DNA from: Eutreptiella sp. 'Long Island Sound 2002'
Lineage: Eukaryota; Protista; Euglenida
Direction of reading: 5' to 3'
DNA length: 64,000 nucleotides
NCBI GenBank assembly: GCA_964036045.1
Contig: OZ038378.1
Coordinates: forward strand, 20,708,001 to 20,772,000
Both the position numbers and the translations under genes were made by a program. Below are positions 52,101 to 63,600 of this stretch, piece by piece (position 1 is the stretch's first letter; the number at the start of each line of letters is the position of its first letter). The notes under the pieces were generated by a model that saw only the letters and a list, made by a program, of their open reading frames with translations, had not been told where the DNA came from and did not search any database.

Positions 52101-52253
52101 GGAGCCCCCGCAGCCGGGCCACAGGAAGACCTGGTACGGTGTGTGCACCGCGGCGGTGCCGGCAATGACCCGCTCTGTGGCGTGTGGACTCACGTGCGGC
52201 AGCCACAGCCCTATCAACAGCACCCACAGCGCTGAGGGACGACACCATGCCAT
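49158..52253 (-). CDS. Intronless type-I membrane trypsin-family (S1A) serine protease with EGF-like and C-type-lectin-like modules and a repetitive cytoplasmic tail, 1031 aa
   Basis: Signal peptide, R|VIAG activation site, catalytic motifs LTAAHC, DIALL and DVCQGDSGGP. Then C-x-C..C..C-V-C..GY (EGF-like) and AWTG..W..W..GQP..CV..DC (CTLD-like), a PS-rich stalk, a hydrophobic TM at 49890-49961 and PPQQMDAYGM repeats. Confidence 0.93.
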   Translation of the reverse strand: MAWCRPSALWVLLIGLWLPHVSPHATERVIAGTAAVHTPYQVFLWPGCGGSIIAPEWVLTAAHCIQNAGIAAQPLWVRANTTKRETNATRGPGIVRYVKQIYVHPEWAGVISLSEGVDIALLFLESPLPLGPYGPTAIPLATARPSAGTALRITGWGSTTAYAFNEASPPFSLPDDLQEATVHVISDATAERYNARKPQVPTCYPKDTTERSVYNYEAFVITGSNGSYPQPDVCQGDSGGPIVLPSASSPVGYEQVGLVSHARGCGDAYIPQYYTSVPYWGQWINDTVTNPPNETVCGGLTCHHTAECVAGKCVCRAGYVKSVGPLADADVAGWYCRRFLFAGEAQSLGARNETLAFYELVPELTTWANATVVDVLQTNLRTLDGRGWLCTFANVYACGEPLYSDATAELQAVAEAVQALVADPAAGVGTAPAFAWTGVRQLGAGVWYYFKAEGVLGERVSLEDLRPLWAAGQPAAGMECVGMYLSGAEAGKLLATDCEALGWAVTQYTIGLPGGPLDAGATDAEKIAYWASKYGAFPFALHTVQNMSCQAMASLVYNGDMGLTDAPPSGVTDLLSLPDYHQAIVETASAAGFQMPILMPWDGADAAVEFLDWGDKVTKAAVTAYFPNPASFDVIGITPEDGKRYSFLMCVDRMVAGSDPDMTFFILTAFNTPNITFRVPGNNATSLEVYSYTDTSSPGVSVVREGGSVVRLSDGDFLVVANHTSAFAGVHVFDAAETTPSPSPNLRPSPSPSLEPSGDESNQSLWGLLALLAIPLCCLCTCLVYLYVKHEEKRRQMIAEVPPAAADLEPEEPPGPDPELDFKEASAADPAPKTLELESDPPVPIDDGVAPGYGMPQPQNGAPYNTAFGFSSAPGNVHDNPDLMSNQSAAPQYIDPMIYSMAQPMDGYDGTQQMDAYGVPPQQMDAYGMPPQQMDAYGMPPQQMDAYGMPPQQMDAYGMPPQQMDAYGMPPQQMDAYGVPQQPMDAYGVPVQPMGTYGVPMQSTTAYNVPPQSMNAPAPPQAMQPANSNWL
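49261..49530 (-). repeat. Coding 30-bp tandem repeat (PPQQMDAYGM)
   Basis: Six near-perfect copies at 49321-49500 plus degenerate flanking units, in frame in the protease tail. Confidence 0.97.
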
Positions 52254-54599
52254 CTGAAGACCAGAGGAGAAAGGGGGAGCAGCAGCTCTGTCCCGTTCGA
52301 CTGCTCACGTCTGACCTGGCAAACGCTCGTGGCAGGTCTGTTTCGAACGTGCGGCCCAGGGCCGCTATGGCGACGCTGCCGTTGCTCTGCCTCTTGTTTG
52401 CATGGCAAGCGGCGGACGAAGGGGTCTTCTCAGCCAGTATTGTGTGAAGGGGGCCATGACGGGGCCAGCCTCCTCCCATGCCCATGCCCCACGGGGAAAA
52501 AGCAGTTTTAAATGGTGGGAGTGGGACCGATGGTCCTCTGCTCACAAGCATGCTTCCGCCAGTCCTCAGCGCTTGGCATGCAGACAAACCGATGGTCAGC
52601 ACCCATTTGGATTGGACGAATGCAGTTTGGAGAGCACGAAAGTACCCCCCCCCCCCTTGTCGTTCCCCACCCCAGGGAAGACGGTCCCCCACCCCCCCCT
52701 GGGGGACCGCACCACCACCGTACGCGCACATTTGCAGGCACAGAAATTGCAGCACGGAGAGGCGCCGAACAGACGCACGGTCGTGCAAGACGGTCTTGCC
52801 ATCACGGTCATAAGTGATGCGGCGATATGCATCAGCGTGCTCCGAATGTCCAACGACCTGCGCCAAAACAGGTTCCTCCTCGGAGCGGATGAACATCACA
52901 TTTGTCCCAGGGGGAAACATGGTTGTGTTGTCAAGTTCCATTTCAGCGAAAGTGAGCAAAATGTCCTGCCATGAGTGCAAGGGATACAAGTGGCAGTGCC
53001 CCACAACACAGTCACCCAGACAACGTGACAATGAGCCGCAACGAAAAATTTTGGGTTGACCAAGTGACCCCCCCAGCCCCCCGGGGAACAACAAGGGGTG
53101 GGGAACGACAAAGGGGGGGGTAACATTATGATTCCATGGGATGGAGGACCCTGAAGCAAATTCATTTTTTGAATTTTTGCGACCCCCCCCATTCTGCGAA
53201 AGCAATTTTTGGTATAAAGCCTGCAGACTGTATCTACTCTTTTGCTATTATTTTTTGTCCAAATGTGATTGTGTGTGGATCAATCTTTGCTCAGTATTCC
53301 TTGGAGCATTCACGATGAACTGGCCTAACAACCTGTGTGATCAGCTTTGGCCAAACCTCCTCAGTGTCAACCTGCTCCAATTGCTGCCTTTGCCATTCAA
53401 TATCCCCCTTCGAGGGAAGAGTTGGAAAGAAAGAATGCAATTAGAACATTGTCATCGCACCAAATAGGGCAGATGGGAGGTGGAACAAGGGTGGATGCAT
53501 TGGGCATGTAATTGACCTCACCTACTTTAAAACACCCAAACTCGCACAATTCATGAAATAACCGAGGAGCACCAAGAGCGGGGAGGGGTTGCGCTTAGTG
53601 GGACACATAGACACAGGCAATTGGTGGTGTTTGAGGACGCTTAGTGGGACATAAAAGCACAGTGGATTGGTGTGGTTTGAAGGCACTCAGTGGGACACAA
53701 AAACACACTTCGTTACTGGGATTTCTGGTGACTGGGGCTGGGGATGCTAACCTTGCAGGATTTCTCTCGTGCTTCTAATCTTGGTCTATAGTGCTTTTCC
53801 AATGCCCAAAGGCAAGAAGAACGGCCCAAAGCGGGGAGGAATCAAAATGGCTACATAACCGCTGTTGTCTTAGGGTCCCCAAAGCGGGTAGGAATCAAAG
53901 CAGCTACATGACCCCTGCCATCCAAGGGTCTGCAATGCGGTGAGAAAAACAAAGTGGTTACATAACCCTTGCTGTATCTAGGTGGTGAAATGAAATGGCT
54001 GTCATTTGGCGCAGTTCAATTCAATTCAAAAAGCCCATGTGAATTATTTGAATTGCTACAGCAATTCTGAGCATTTTGAGCACAAGTGTATGGCCCCTAT
54101 GGGAGGAACCAAAAGGTTTCAAGCACCTGTGGCGCTCTGGGTTTGGCCAGCAATGGTTGGGGCCAAAGTGGTGGCTAGAGACTCTGAAGGGGTGGGTGGG
54201 TGGTAGTGGTAGTGGTAGTGGTAGTGAGCCCGGGCGTGTACGGGCACCGCATAACAGTTGCGACCAGCCGCCGGCAGCGACCTTCCAGGACAGCAGCTGT
54301 GACCCGATTCCCTGGCAGACACGCATGTACAGGGGCCGGGGCATGCCTTGAGGACTCCCAGGCGTTTGTCACATGCGTGGTACAACCTGTGGTCCCTGAT
54401 GCCGGGTGAGAAAGGATAGTAGGGGGCTGGACAAAGAGCTCGGACTTCCGGGCGTTTGTCTCAGGTGAGGTACAACCTGTGCTCCCGGGATTCAAACTGG
54501 GGGTTCTTGGGGGAATGTTTGCCCGGCGCGCGCCCGGCGCGCGCCCTGCGCGCTACTTTTAGACTATGTTCCCCCCGAAGAGCCCCCAAGCACACCCCT

Positions 54600-54815
54600 T
54601 GGAAACGCCCTTAGAATTAGGTGACCCAAACTGCCCCAGCTCAAGAAAGTTGCAAACTGGGGTACACAGTACCACTCTCGCTCCTTTAAGGGCGATCTTG
54701 GTCAACACCTTAGCAAGTTGGGAGAATGGGGGGTTAGGATAGCACAACCGCATCGATCTCCAGTAGAAGCGATAGGCGTTATTGAGGTATCGCGAACAGT
54801 AGAGCTGCATCATAA
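54600..54815 (-). mobile_element. Remnant of a DIRS-type N6-adenine methyltransferase (Dam-like) domain
   Basis: MQLYCSRYLNNAYRFYWRSMRLCYPNPPFSQLAKVLTKIALKGARVVLCTP matches the pattern Y.S...A....W....Y.NPPF....VL.KI....A.VIL..P of the DIRS MT domain. The upstream DLFA motif is missing. Confidence 0.6.
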
Positions 54816-54944
54816 CATTGGTCCCACAAGTGTGGGTGTCAATACATTCAGTACAATAGTGCTCCTTACACTCACCACCATCTGCGACGGTGGAGCGATC
54901 TGGCAACACAACACACACACTTCTGCCTCATCCTCTGCCTCATC

Positions 54945-55251
54945 TTGCGTGCCACAACCGAGCAAACGGCTGCTCAATGCGTGCCCTATACCACCCGTGC
55001 ACGTCATTGTAACATTGTTGGCGGGATGTTAAAGTGCCATTCTTTCTTCAAATGAATGGCACAATGACATGAATCCGGCCCTTATAAGCACCATCATGGC
55101 CCCCAACTTCGAAATCAAAGAAATCACCTCGGGTACAAGAAGGTCCATACCCATCCAAAATCAAAACATCTGCTGATGTCCCGGGGGCCAAGGGGCAAAT
55201 CCATATAATGTTGCCCAACATATCAACGGCAACAGTCCACCGGTAGGGCAT
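54945..55251 (-). mobile_element. PIF/Harbinger (IS5-related, DDE_Tnp_4-like) transposase pseudogene fragment
   Basis: YRWTVAVDMLGNIIWICPLAPGTSADVLI..GHDGAYKG..VIVPFI*RKNGTLTSRQQCYNDVHGWYRARIEQPFARLW contains the second D, the DxxY motif and the final N..R..IE..F motif; one in-frame stop. Confidence 0.7.
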
Positions 55252-57663
55252 GGGTCACAAAAGATGCCCGGCGCGCGAACGTTCCCCCCTTGCATGCGTG
55301 GTTGGATGCATAACCACTCAACCACGGGGACCCGTGCTGGGAAACGGCGCGGGGTAAACCGGGACTTCCTGGCGTTTGTCTCGGGATGGGGTTTTACCTG
55401 TGATTCCGGGACCGGTCGAGGCCTTGCTGCTGGGGGGGGGGGCGCCCATCCGTTCTCCTTGGCCTCCCCTTTCCCGGGGGGGGGGGGGAGCAAAAGCCTG
55501 CCGCCCCGTTTCCTGGCTCCCAAAGGGCGGCCAGCCCACGGCCTGCACCCTCGCTTTGTGGTGGCTTAAATTTGGGCCAACAGAGAGGGTTGGGGGGGGG
55601 GGTCCGGAATCTGAACAGACACCCCTCCCAGGCCACATTGCAGGATGGCATTTCCATCAGGAATTGTATTTGTTGTCAAAGAAGATGAAATAAGGTGTGC
55701 ATGTTGTCAAATCTGCAACATCAACTTATTCGGACCGTACACTGTAAGACTCCCTCAACGTGCGAAATGAGACTGAGTCCCATGCTCTGTAAAAGTCGAG
55801 AGAGACGGGACTTGGTCCGGTAGGCACTCTGCCCCTGCCCGTGCAAACACCAAATGATCACCCATCCGCTTGCCAGGCAGGAACCAGATTTGGTTTCAGG
55901 GATTGCCTGAGGCTGGACATTTGTGAGCTGCACCACACTCATTGTGCAAATCTACTTCATATAGACCTCCTACGGTGCTAATGGTCGCATATCTTTGGCC
56001 TTTTCGGCACCAAAAAACTTGGTTAGGCAAGGAAACTGACGATGAATTTGGCACGCACTCCTCCCTCAGAAACTGTTCCATGGCCGCCTTCGACGTTGGA
56101 GTAAACACCAATGGGAATGCCTGGAAAAGCTCAGCTGGTACTCGACAGAGCCAAATGCACCCTGGCTGGGGATCAGCATGGCACGCACAAACGCCGATTA
56201 CAACATGAAGACAAAGAAGCGGAAAAGACACAAACAAGCGCAGATGTGAAATGCGGCTCTGTGTACCGCCTCACAATCGTATGTACATAGTGCCTGCACT
56301 GGCCCTACATGTGTACTTACTGACCCAACATCCGTCTGTACATGCACATGTGCATGCTAACCTCCCCATACACACGGCATTCCAATCGCACTTCAACCCA
56401 AGAAGGAATGCGGGCCTATGGAGACCAGGTTGCACATGCTCCAGACGGCAGGCACCCACTTGTAGTTATGAAGTGGAAAAACAAATATTCGTACTGAACA
56501 ATACAAATGCAACTCCGCATTACACCGCCGTCTCCGGGCTCTGCTGGGTGTTATGCGCTCCTAACGGAGAGCATTCACAGCAGAACAGCAGAGAGTGGCA
56601 CGCAAGCCCATGCACATGTGATGCAATGCTCAAAGGGGCTGGGTTGCATGCTCCCTTCGAAAAGGCAGCGGCTTCGGAATGAAACCTGCAAGATTGTCAG
56701 GCTACGCCATTGCCCCCCCCCCCCCCCCCCATCCGCACTCACCCTTGTCCCGGACTCTGCCCGTGCCCATGCCTGTGCCCATGCCACTGGGCCTGCTGCT
56801 GCCACTTCGCATGCCCCAGCTGTCTTGCCCCGAATGACGTGCCCGTGCCCATGCTCGTGCTCGAAAAAGAAAAGGCCTGGGGCGAATATATACATCCCAA
56901 ACACGGATTTGATGAAAAGCCCAGGCCGATGTGCGCCTGCTGCTCAATGCGTCTGCCCTTTCCTTGACACATTGCCTACTCGCCCCAGTTCCTTGTTCCC
57001 CAGATCCAGGCCCACACAACGTGCAGGAGCCAGGATACCCCCAACAGAAGGAACACACCGCTCTCCCCGCCTCTAAGACGCAGGCACCAAATTCATACAG
57101 TTGGGGAGGCCTGCACGGAGAATTCACAAACGCGACGTTTTGCAGTTTTTTTTTGTGGGTGGGTCGTGAGGGGATTTGGCTCTCTCCAACGCTCGGGTGG
57201 CTGTACACAATGCAGACAATTGCATGGTATGCTTACCGCTTCACCAGCGGGTGGTCGTTGGACAGGGCCAAAAAAGCGCCGTTTGACCAGTGCGTGGTGG
57301 TTGTTGCGCAACAGGGGGGGGGGGGGGGGCGGGATTAACGTGCATCGCCGGGCCTCGCCTCCCACAGTCAAAGAGCAGGGAGACTGCATCAAGAAAGCTT
57401 CAGCGAATGACATTTGAGGTCTGATACAAAGGGATGGGATGGGCACCGCCCAAAACGACTGCACAGCCAGCGGTGCCCTACGGGTGGAGCCGTACCAACT
57501 TCCGCAGTCCGTCGAATGAACAGCCAACCCCAGGCCGCCCCCCCGCCACTCACCCCCCCGCCCCCCCCCCCCCCCCGGCCCAGCGCTGGAAGAGCCATCG
57601 GCCCCGGACGTTCCCCCTTGTCCTGTTCCCTGCGCTGAGGCCTCTGCTGTGACCGGGAACGCC

Positions 57664-60600
57664 TCACATTCCCGGACTGACATCCATCGACGTTGCATCG
57701 TCGACCTTGTGGTCCTTCACGTTGGGGGCGGACTCGTACACCGTGTTCATGATCACCTGCTTTGTGGTCACTCTTGTGGTCTCGCCGCGCAGCCCAATGA
57801 AGAAGATCGTGCTGATGTCGGCCCCGAAGTTCGACGGGAAATGGAGCGTCAAGCTGCACACACTGCTGAACTTAGAATACTTTGTGGTGTACTCCAGCTT
57901 CCCATGTTGGCTGTTCTCTACCAAGTCCCACTCTTGCAGCGCGACGGAGTTGTTGGCTCTGAAAATCCAGCAGAATCGGGTGTTACTCAGTGGTACGGAG
58001 GTGGTAAGGAGTGATAGTGTGGCATGATGGGAAAATGCGATGGCACACAGCGATGACATACATTGATGGTGTGGCGTGATGGTGGGCAGTGGCACACTGG
58101 TGGTATGGCATGGTGGCAGGAGGTGAGGCTACAGCCATGGCACACAGTGGTGGTTTACAGTGATACCATACAGTGATGGCATGGAGTGTGAAAATACAGT
58201 GATGGCACACAGTGATGGACACAGTGGTGGCATGCAGTGATGGCACACATTAATGGCATACAGTGATAGTACGCAGTGATGGCACACAGTGATGGCATGC
58301 AGTGATGGCACTTACTAGCATGCAGTGGTGGCATATAGTAATGGCACACAGTGACGCCATACAGTGATAGCATGGAGTGCAGGCACACAGTGATGGCACA
58401 CGGTGATGGCACACCGTGATGGCATGGAGTAGTGGCATACAGTGATGGCATACAGTGATATGATACAATGATGGCGTAGAGTGATGGCACACAGTGATGG
58501 CATACAGTGATGGCACACAGTAATGGCATACAGTGCGATGGCATGCAGTGATGGCACGTAGTGATTGCATGCAGTGATACTATGCAGTGATAGCAGAGCG
58601 ATGCCCTGGAGTGCTCCCGGACAGTGATGCCCTTCATCAATGCCATACAGTGATGGCACCCAGTGATGCAATACAGTGACTGTCTGCTGGTGTGCAGTGT
58701 TGAGGCTACAAAAGAAACATGCGAGAAGAAACATGCAAATGGCAGGATTTGGACTCGGCCGAAAATTTGTTGGATGATAGCTACGGGTGTGAAGTATCAT
58801 CCCACAATGTTTGAGCAAGAAACTCAACGGTGGTGACTGGGAACGGGCGTTGCAAGTGGCAGACCTAGGTTTCAGAATCTGTCAAAAATAGCAAAAAAAA
58901 TGCCCCTCTTTGGGCAGCTTCGGTATCTAGCATGTCATGCAGGGGGCAATTTGAATTGAAACCAACCTAGATGGCTGTCTAGTGGGTTTTACACCCGATC
59001 CATGCGCTCAACAGCCCCTTTTTGGGCCCAAAAATACCGCAAAATAAGCCTTGAAAAGCACCTTTTTTGCATACTTTTTCTTGTGCTGTGTTTGCCTGCC
59101 ATGGATGGTGTTGGGCACCCTTGCGGTGACAAATAATGATGCAGGGGATCACTTGCAAGCTATTTCCATGCTGTCAACATCCTTCGATGCTCTAGTGGCA
59201 CCAATAGCATGCAAGGTGCACGTGCTAGGGTAGGATTATGGGGGGTCACCTCTGCTTCCAAAAGTGGTCAAAATATTTTTTTCCAAGGTTGTTCTTGGAC
59301 CACAAGCTCAAACAAGTGCTTTAAGGCCATTTTGAGCCACATTTGGCCCATATCAGCCCATACTAGTTCCCAACAACTCTTGAAATGGGCAATTTTAGGA
59401 CATTGTAGTTCGGGCTAGGACAAGGCTAGGGGTTGGTGTTAGGGATAGGGATGGAGAACACTTTTTGCGTGCTGCAGGCGCGCCGCAGGGTTTGAGTTTC
59501 GCGGTTCCATTGCATAACAACTAAGTCAAATGAATCACAAATGATGTCCGCCGGCAAGGAATTGATTAATGGCACGCATGTTATCTGGAGCATGTGAGAG
59601 AAGTCATTTTTAAGGTTAGTGTCTGAGCGGGGTTTGGCTTTTGGCGTGCCGCAGGTGCCGCAAGCGCCGCAGGAAAAGCGTTCTCATGGGGTTAAAGTGA
59701 GTGTCGAAGTGCAAAATGGACAAAATTTTCCTTCGGGCGCCTTTGGTGCCCGTGGACCGTCGAGCGCCTTCGGCGCCTATGGACCTTGTAGGCCACTACC
59801 TGTAGCAACTAATTGTTGGCCGCCTAAGGGGGGGGGGGGGGTAGTACCTGCGGAGCCGGCCCGTGTGGGTCTACATGGATGGTGCTACTGTTTCCGGAAA
59901 ACGTACTGACGTTTGGCATTGTTATGATGTCTAGCATTTCTGGAGGATGCCGAATGCACCACGTTTGATGTAGTCTTACATGTTCACAAAAGTATCCGGT
60001 CAAAGCCATGTATTCGTTGTCATCCTCCCAGAGTCCCTCGACGAGACCCCGTTATCTCATGGTTGCGTGGCGCTTAGGTCAAAGGGGGGGAGGGTGCAAA
60101 ATGTGAACCATGAGGCCTGGCGCAGAATTTTGAAAGTTAAAAGAGGCGGGGGTTTACTACCCCTTTGTGGCGCAAATGTTTTTGGTTGTGTGGGCCATTG
60201 GTGGTGACCGTGAAAGTGCGAACACGGGTGTCTCCTCATTTGACCATCATGGCCACACATCCTCCATCATGGGGCTGAATTTAGGTCATCTCAATAGGAA
60301 TTAGAGTCACCATGTACAACCATGTGGCAAAAACACCATGCTTCTAATGGCGAAAAACCTAGCCGCCGAAAAAAGGGGGGGGGGACATGCGAAACCCTCA
60401 TCGTGTGCCTCCCGGTCCCCCCCCCATGGCTCAGGTTCTAGCTACAGATGGTGTGTTGGTAAACTGGTGGTAGAAAAGTGGTTGGGGTTGGTAAAAATAC
60501 GGTTGTGGAACCTTTGGGGATGAACAACAGCGGTCACATCTGATGGCGGGGGTTATGAAGCAATGGATACTTTGCTACCAAACGCCCCGTTGTTGTAGGC

Positions 60601-63600
60601 GACCGGTCACAGCTCACAAATGTTCCGCTACACTGCAATACCGTTCATGTTCATATATTTGTTCTCTAACATAGCAAACTCAGCTTACTCCCCCCTACGG
60701 CCCCGGTCGGAAGTATGTGCAGTCCTCATGGCAGCTTCACTTGCACCCTCTTGTACTCATGCATACCGCCTCTCACACCGCAGGGTACACAATAAAGTGT
60801 ACAACAAATGTACTGCATCACTGGAGACAAGATCCCGTTGTCGGAAGAGGGTCCGTTGAAAGAGCCTTGGCAACTCAGGCTGTCCCGCAACCACACATCA
60901 AAATAATCATGAGACCTGCCTGCCGAGGAAGACACCACTTTATGCCCACTTGCAGTGGGGGGACCAACAGAAACGCCTCCCAATCAAAATTGTGCAGATG
61001 CCCAAATCCTTGCGACGCCACTGCACTTGCATGTTCGCACAGCATACGCCCCCCCCCCCTCCCAGGTTGAGAGCTGAACCCACACCCGTGGATTGCGACG
61101 CCATTGCATGGCATTGAACAAGTTGAAAGAGGCACCCATCGCCTCGTCCTCTACCTCCCGCATGCGTTGCAGAGTGTGTATCTTGAAGCGCTGCCACACT
61201 TGCTGTGTCTTGGGCGGCTGTTGCGGTCACTTCAGCGGCATGAAACCAAGGGCGGGACACTAACAAAGCACATATCACAAAAGACTAGGGCAAGGATTGA
61301 TATTTTGGTCGCCCACAATTGTGCAACTTCAATGGTATAATGCTGAAGCGGGATCCGCGACAAGACACGGATCACATCCATGGAAAGCAAAAATTACCAA
61401 ACGCCAAAATTAGCCAACAAACCCCAATTTTTTGGCAATTTTTTTTGTAATTTTGTGGTACCGCAGCAAAGAGGCCGCCCTTCCCTCCCACAATACATAG
61501 CAAAGGGATAAACCAATTTTGATTGTCCAATTGATGAGTTGATGCTTCGTTTGAAAATATGCACCATTTTGCTAGAAATACTTCAGCCACCCATAAATTG
61601 TCTGGTAGCTCAGGTTGTGCTCCGTCTCATCACCCTTTTGATGTTGCTGCACAGCCCCAAGAACCCCATGTTGTCGTGCCCAGTCATTAATTGGTTTGAT
61701 ATACCCATCCTTCCAATTGTTCCGGGGAGCTGGCCTGGTCCTGTATGCATCCACCACAATAGCGGGAACAACATGACAGCCCATGACAAAAGAAGGACAA
61801 ATAAGAAATAGGGGCCTGCAATGAATTAAAAGAAAAATTGCCAAAGCGACCTTGATTGTCTGGTATTTTTTTTGGGCAATATTTTTTGGGGTAATATTTG
61901 CCTTGGGTAATTTTTGCCCGGACAAGAAAACTAAAGCACGTTCTCCAAGACTAAGTTGCATAACATCAGCCCCCCACCATGCACCATTTGCACAAAATGG
62001 TGCATCCACCAATTTGCCGCCCGGATGGGAAGGGAACACCCCTGAAGGGCACCCACTCTATGTGGACCACAACACCCAAACAACGCACTACGGGACTCAA
62101 ACCAAGTCCCTCTAGGCCGCAAGGCCGGGTGTGTGACCACTCTACTACGACGATGCTTTCATAGCCCTATCCACGCAATCCCCCAACCCTTCCAAGTGAG
62201 AACTCCGACAGCCCGCCGACCGTCTTTCACCCCAAGAAATTGCGTGCACACTTTAGCCCGCAGTGCCCCTCCACATCACTCACCTCCGTACTTGGCCAAG
62301 AGAGCTCCCTCCCAGAATATCCACTTACCAGACTCACGTATAGCGAATGATGCTTCCTGAGGCGTATCCGGATGCTTCGCTGGAGCACCTGGCCCCTGAA
62401 GCCGTGTCCACCTCATCTGAAATCTCCCCCCATGCCGCATCAAACCCAAACTCCATTAGCGACACTGTGTCGCTGCCTTCACCCAACGAAACTGACAGCC
62501 ATACCAACTCCGGTCCCAGAACCCGGCCCACCAAAAGGGGAGGGCTCCGCCCTCCCACTCACCAGCCCCCAGAGAGGGCTCTGGCACATACCCAATACCG
62601 CCAAGCTGTTAGCAATTTCGTTACCTTCTCAGCCCATGCGCCCTGATCCACCTCACTCTACTTGCCATCAACGACAGTAACCCAAGCAGTTCTATCCACA
62701 ACCTCATGTTCCACAACCTCATGTTCGACAGCGGTCCCCTCAAGCCCACCTACCCATTTGACTGCCTAACTGGGTGGTGGCCGGGGGGAGGGGGGGGCGG
62801 GGGGGGGGGGTAAAACCGTTCCTCCCGTTCAAGCGCATGCCGGGGGGTAAAGGAAGGGCGGACCATTACGCTCAGGAGAGAGTGCATGTGCAGGTAGTGC
62901 CAACCGTGGTCTTGCTGAGCACCATCCAACAGAAGACCACAGTTTCGCATCACCTGCAAATCTGCACCATCTGCTGCCCTCAGTCTGTTGTGGAACTTCT
63001 CATCCCCGAGCACCCATCCTCAGCCAGCCAGCTTTACCCCTGGGCGAGTTGCCAGCCCCCCCCCCCCCCCCTCTGAAGGCCCCCACAGAAGGCACCTGTG
63101 CCACACTGAAGAAGCAATGCGATGATACCACATGGAACACAGTCCCCTGCCACTTGAGCTCTGCACAACATTCACCGCATGTTGTCACGCATGGGTCAGC
63201 ACAGCAAGACACTCTGTGTTTTCGAGTCATGCACATGGGCGTGGGAGGCAGCACAGTGCAATAGGTTCCCGGAAGGATTTTAGGACTGTGCTGGCAGGCA
63301 CAGGGCCCCAGATGAACCCCAGACCGTCCACGCCATCAGCCTCTGCAGAAACCGGAGAACTCGTCGGCTGGCAGCCCCCCCCCCCCCACCCACCCCCAGA
63401 GGACGTTCTGTTTAGGCAACCACTTCTGCACCTCCGCCTTCAGATACGCACCCCCTCGAGCACATCCCTGCCCGGCCCTCCCTCTCAAAACGAAAGCCCT
63501 ACTATCACACCGGTCGAAATCCACATCCTCGCGATTGATGAACGCCCGCATTTTGTCAGGGGCCTCCCCGTTGTCGCCGCCAATGATCACGATGGACCGC

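Noticed and set aside
58129-58827. Cys/His-rich ORFs resembling metal-binding proteins
   Set aside because: Translation artefacts of the 13-bp minisatellite; a period not divisible by three argues against coding.
6907-63510. Non-canonical (euglenid-type) introns
   Set aside because: All junctions I could resolve are explained by GT-AG with matching phases, so there is no evidence for them here.
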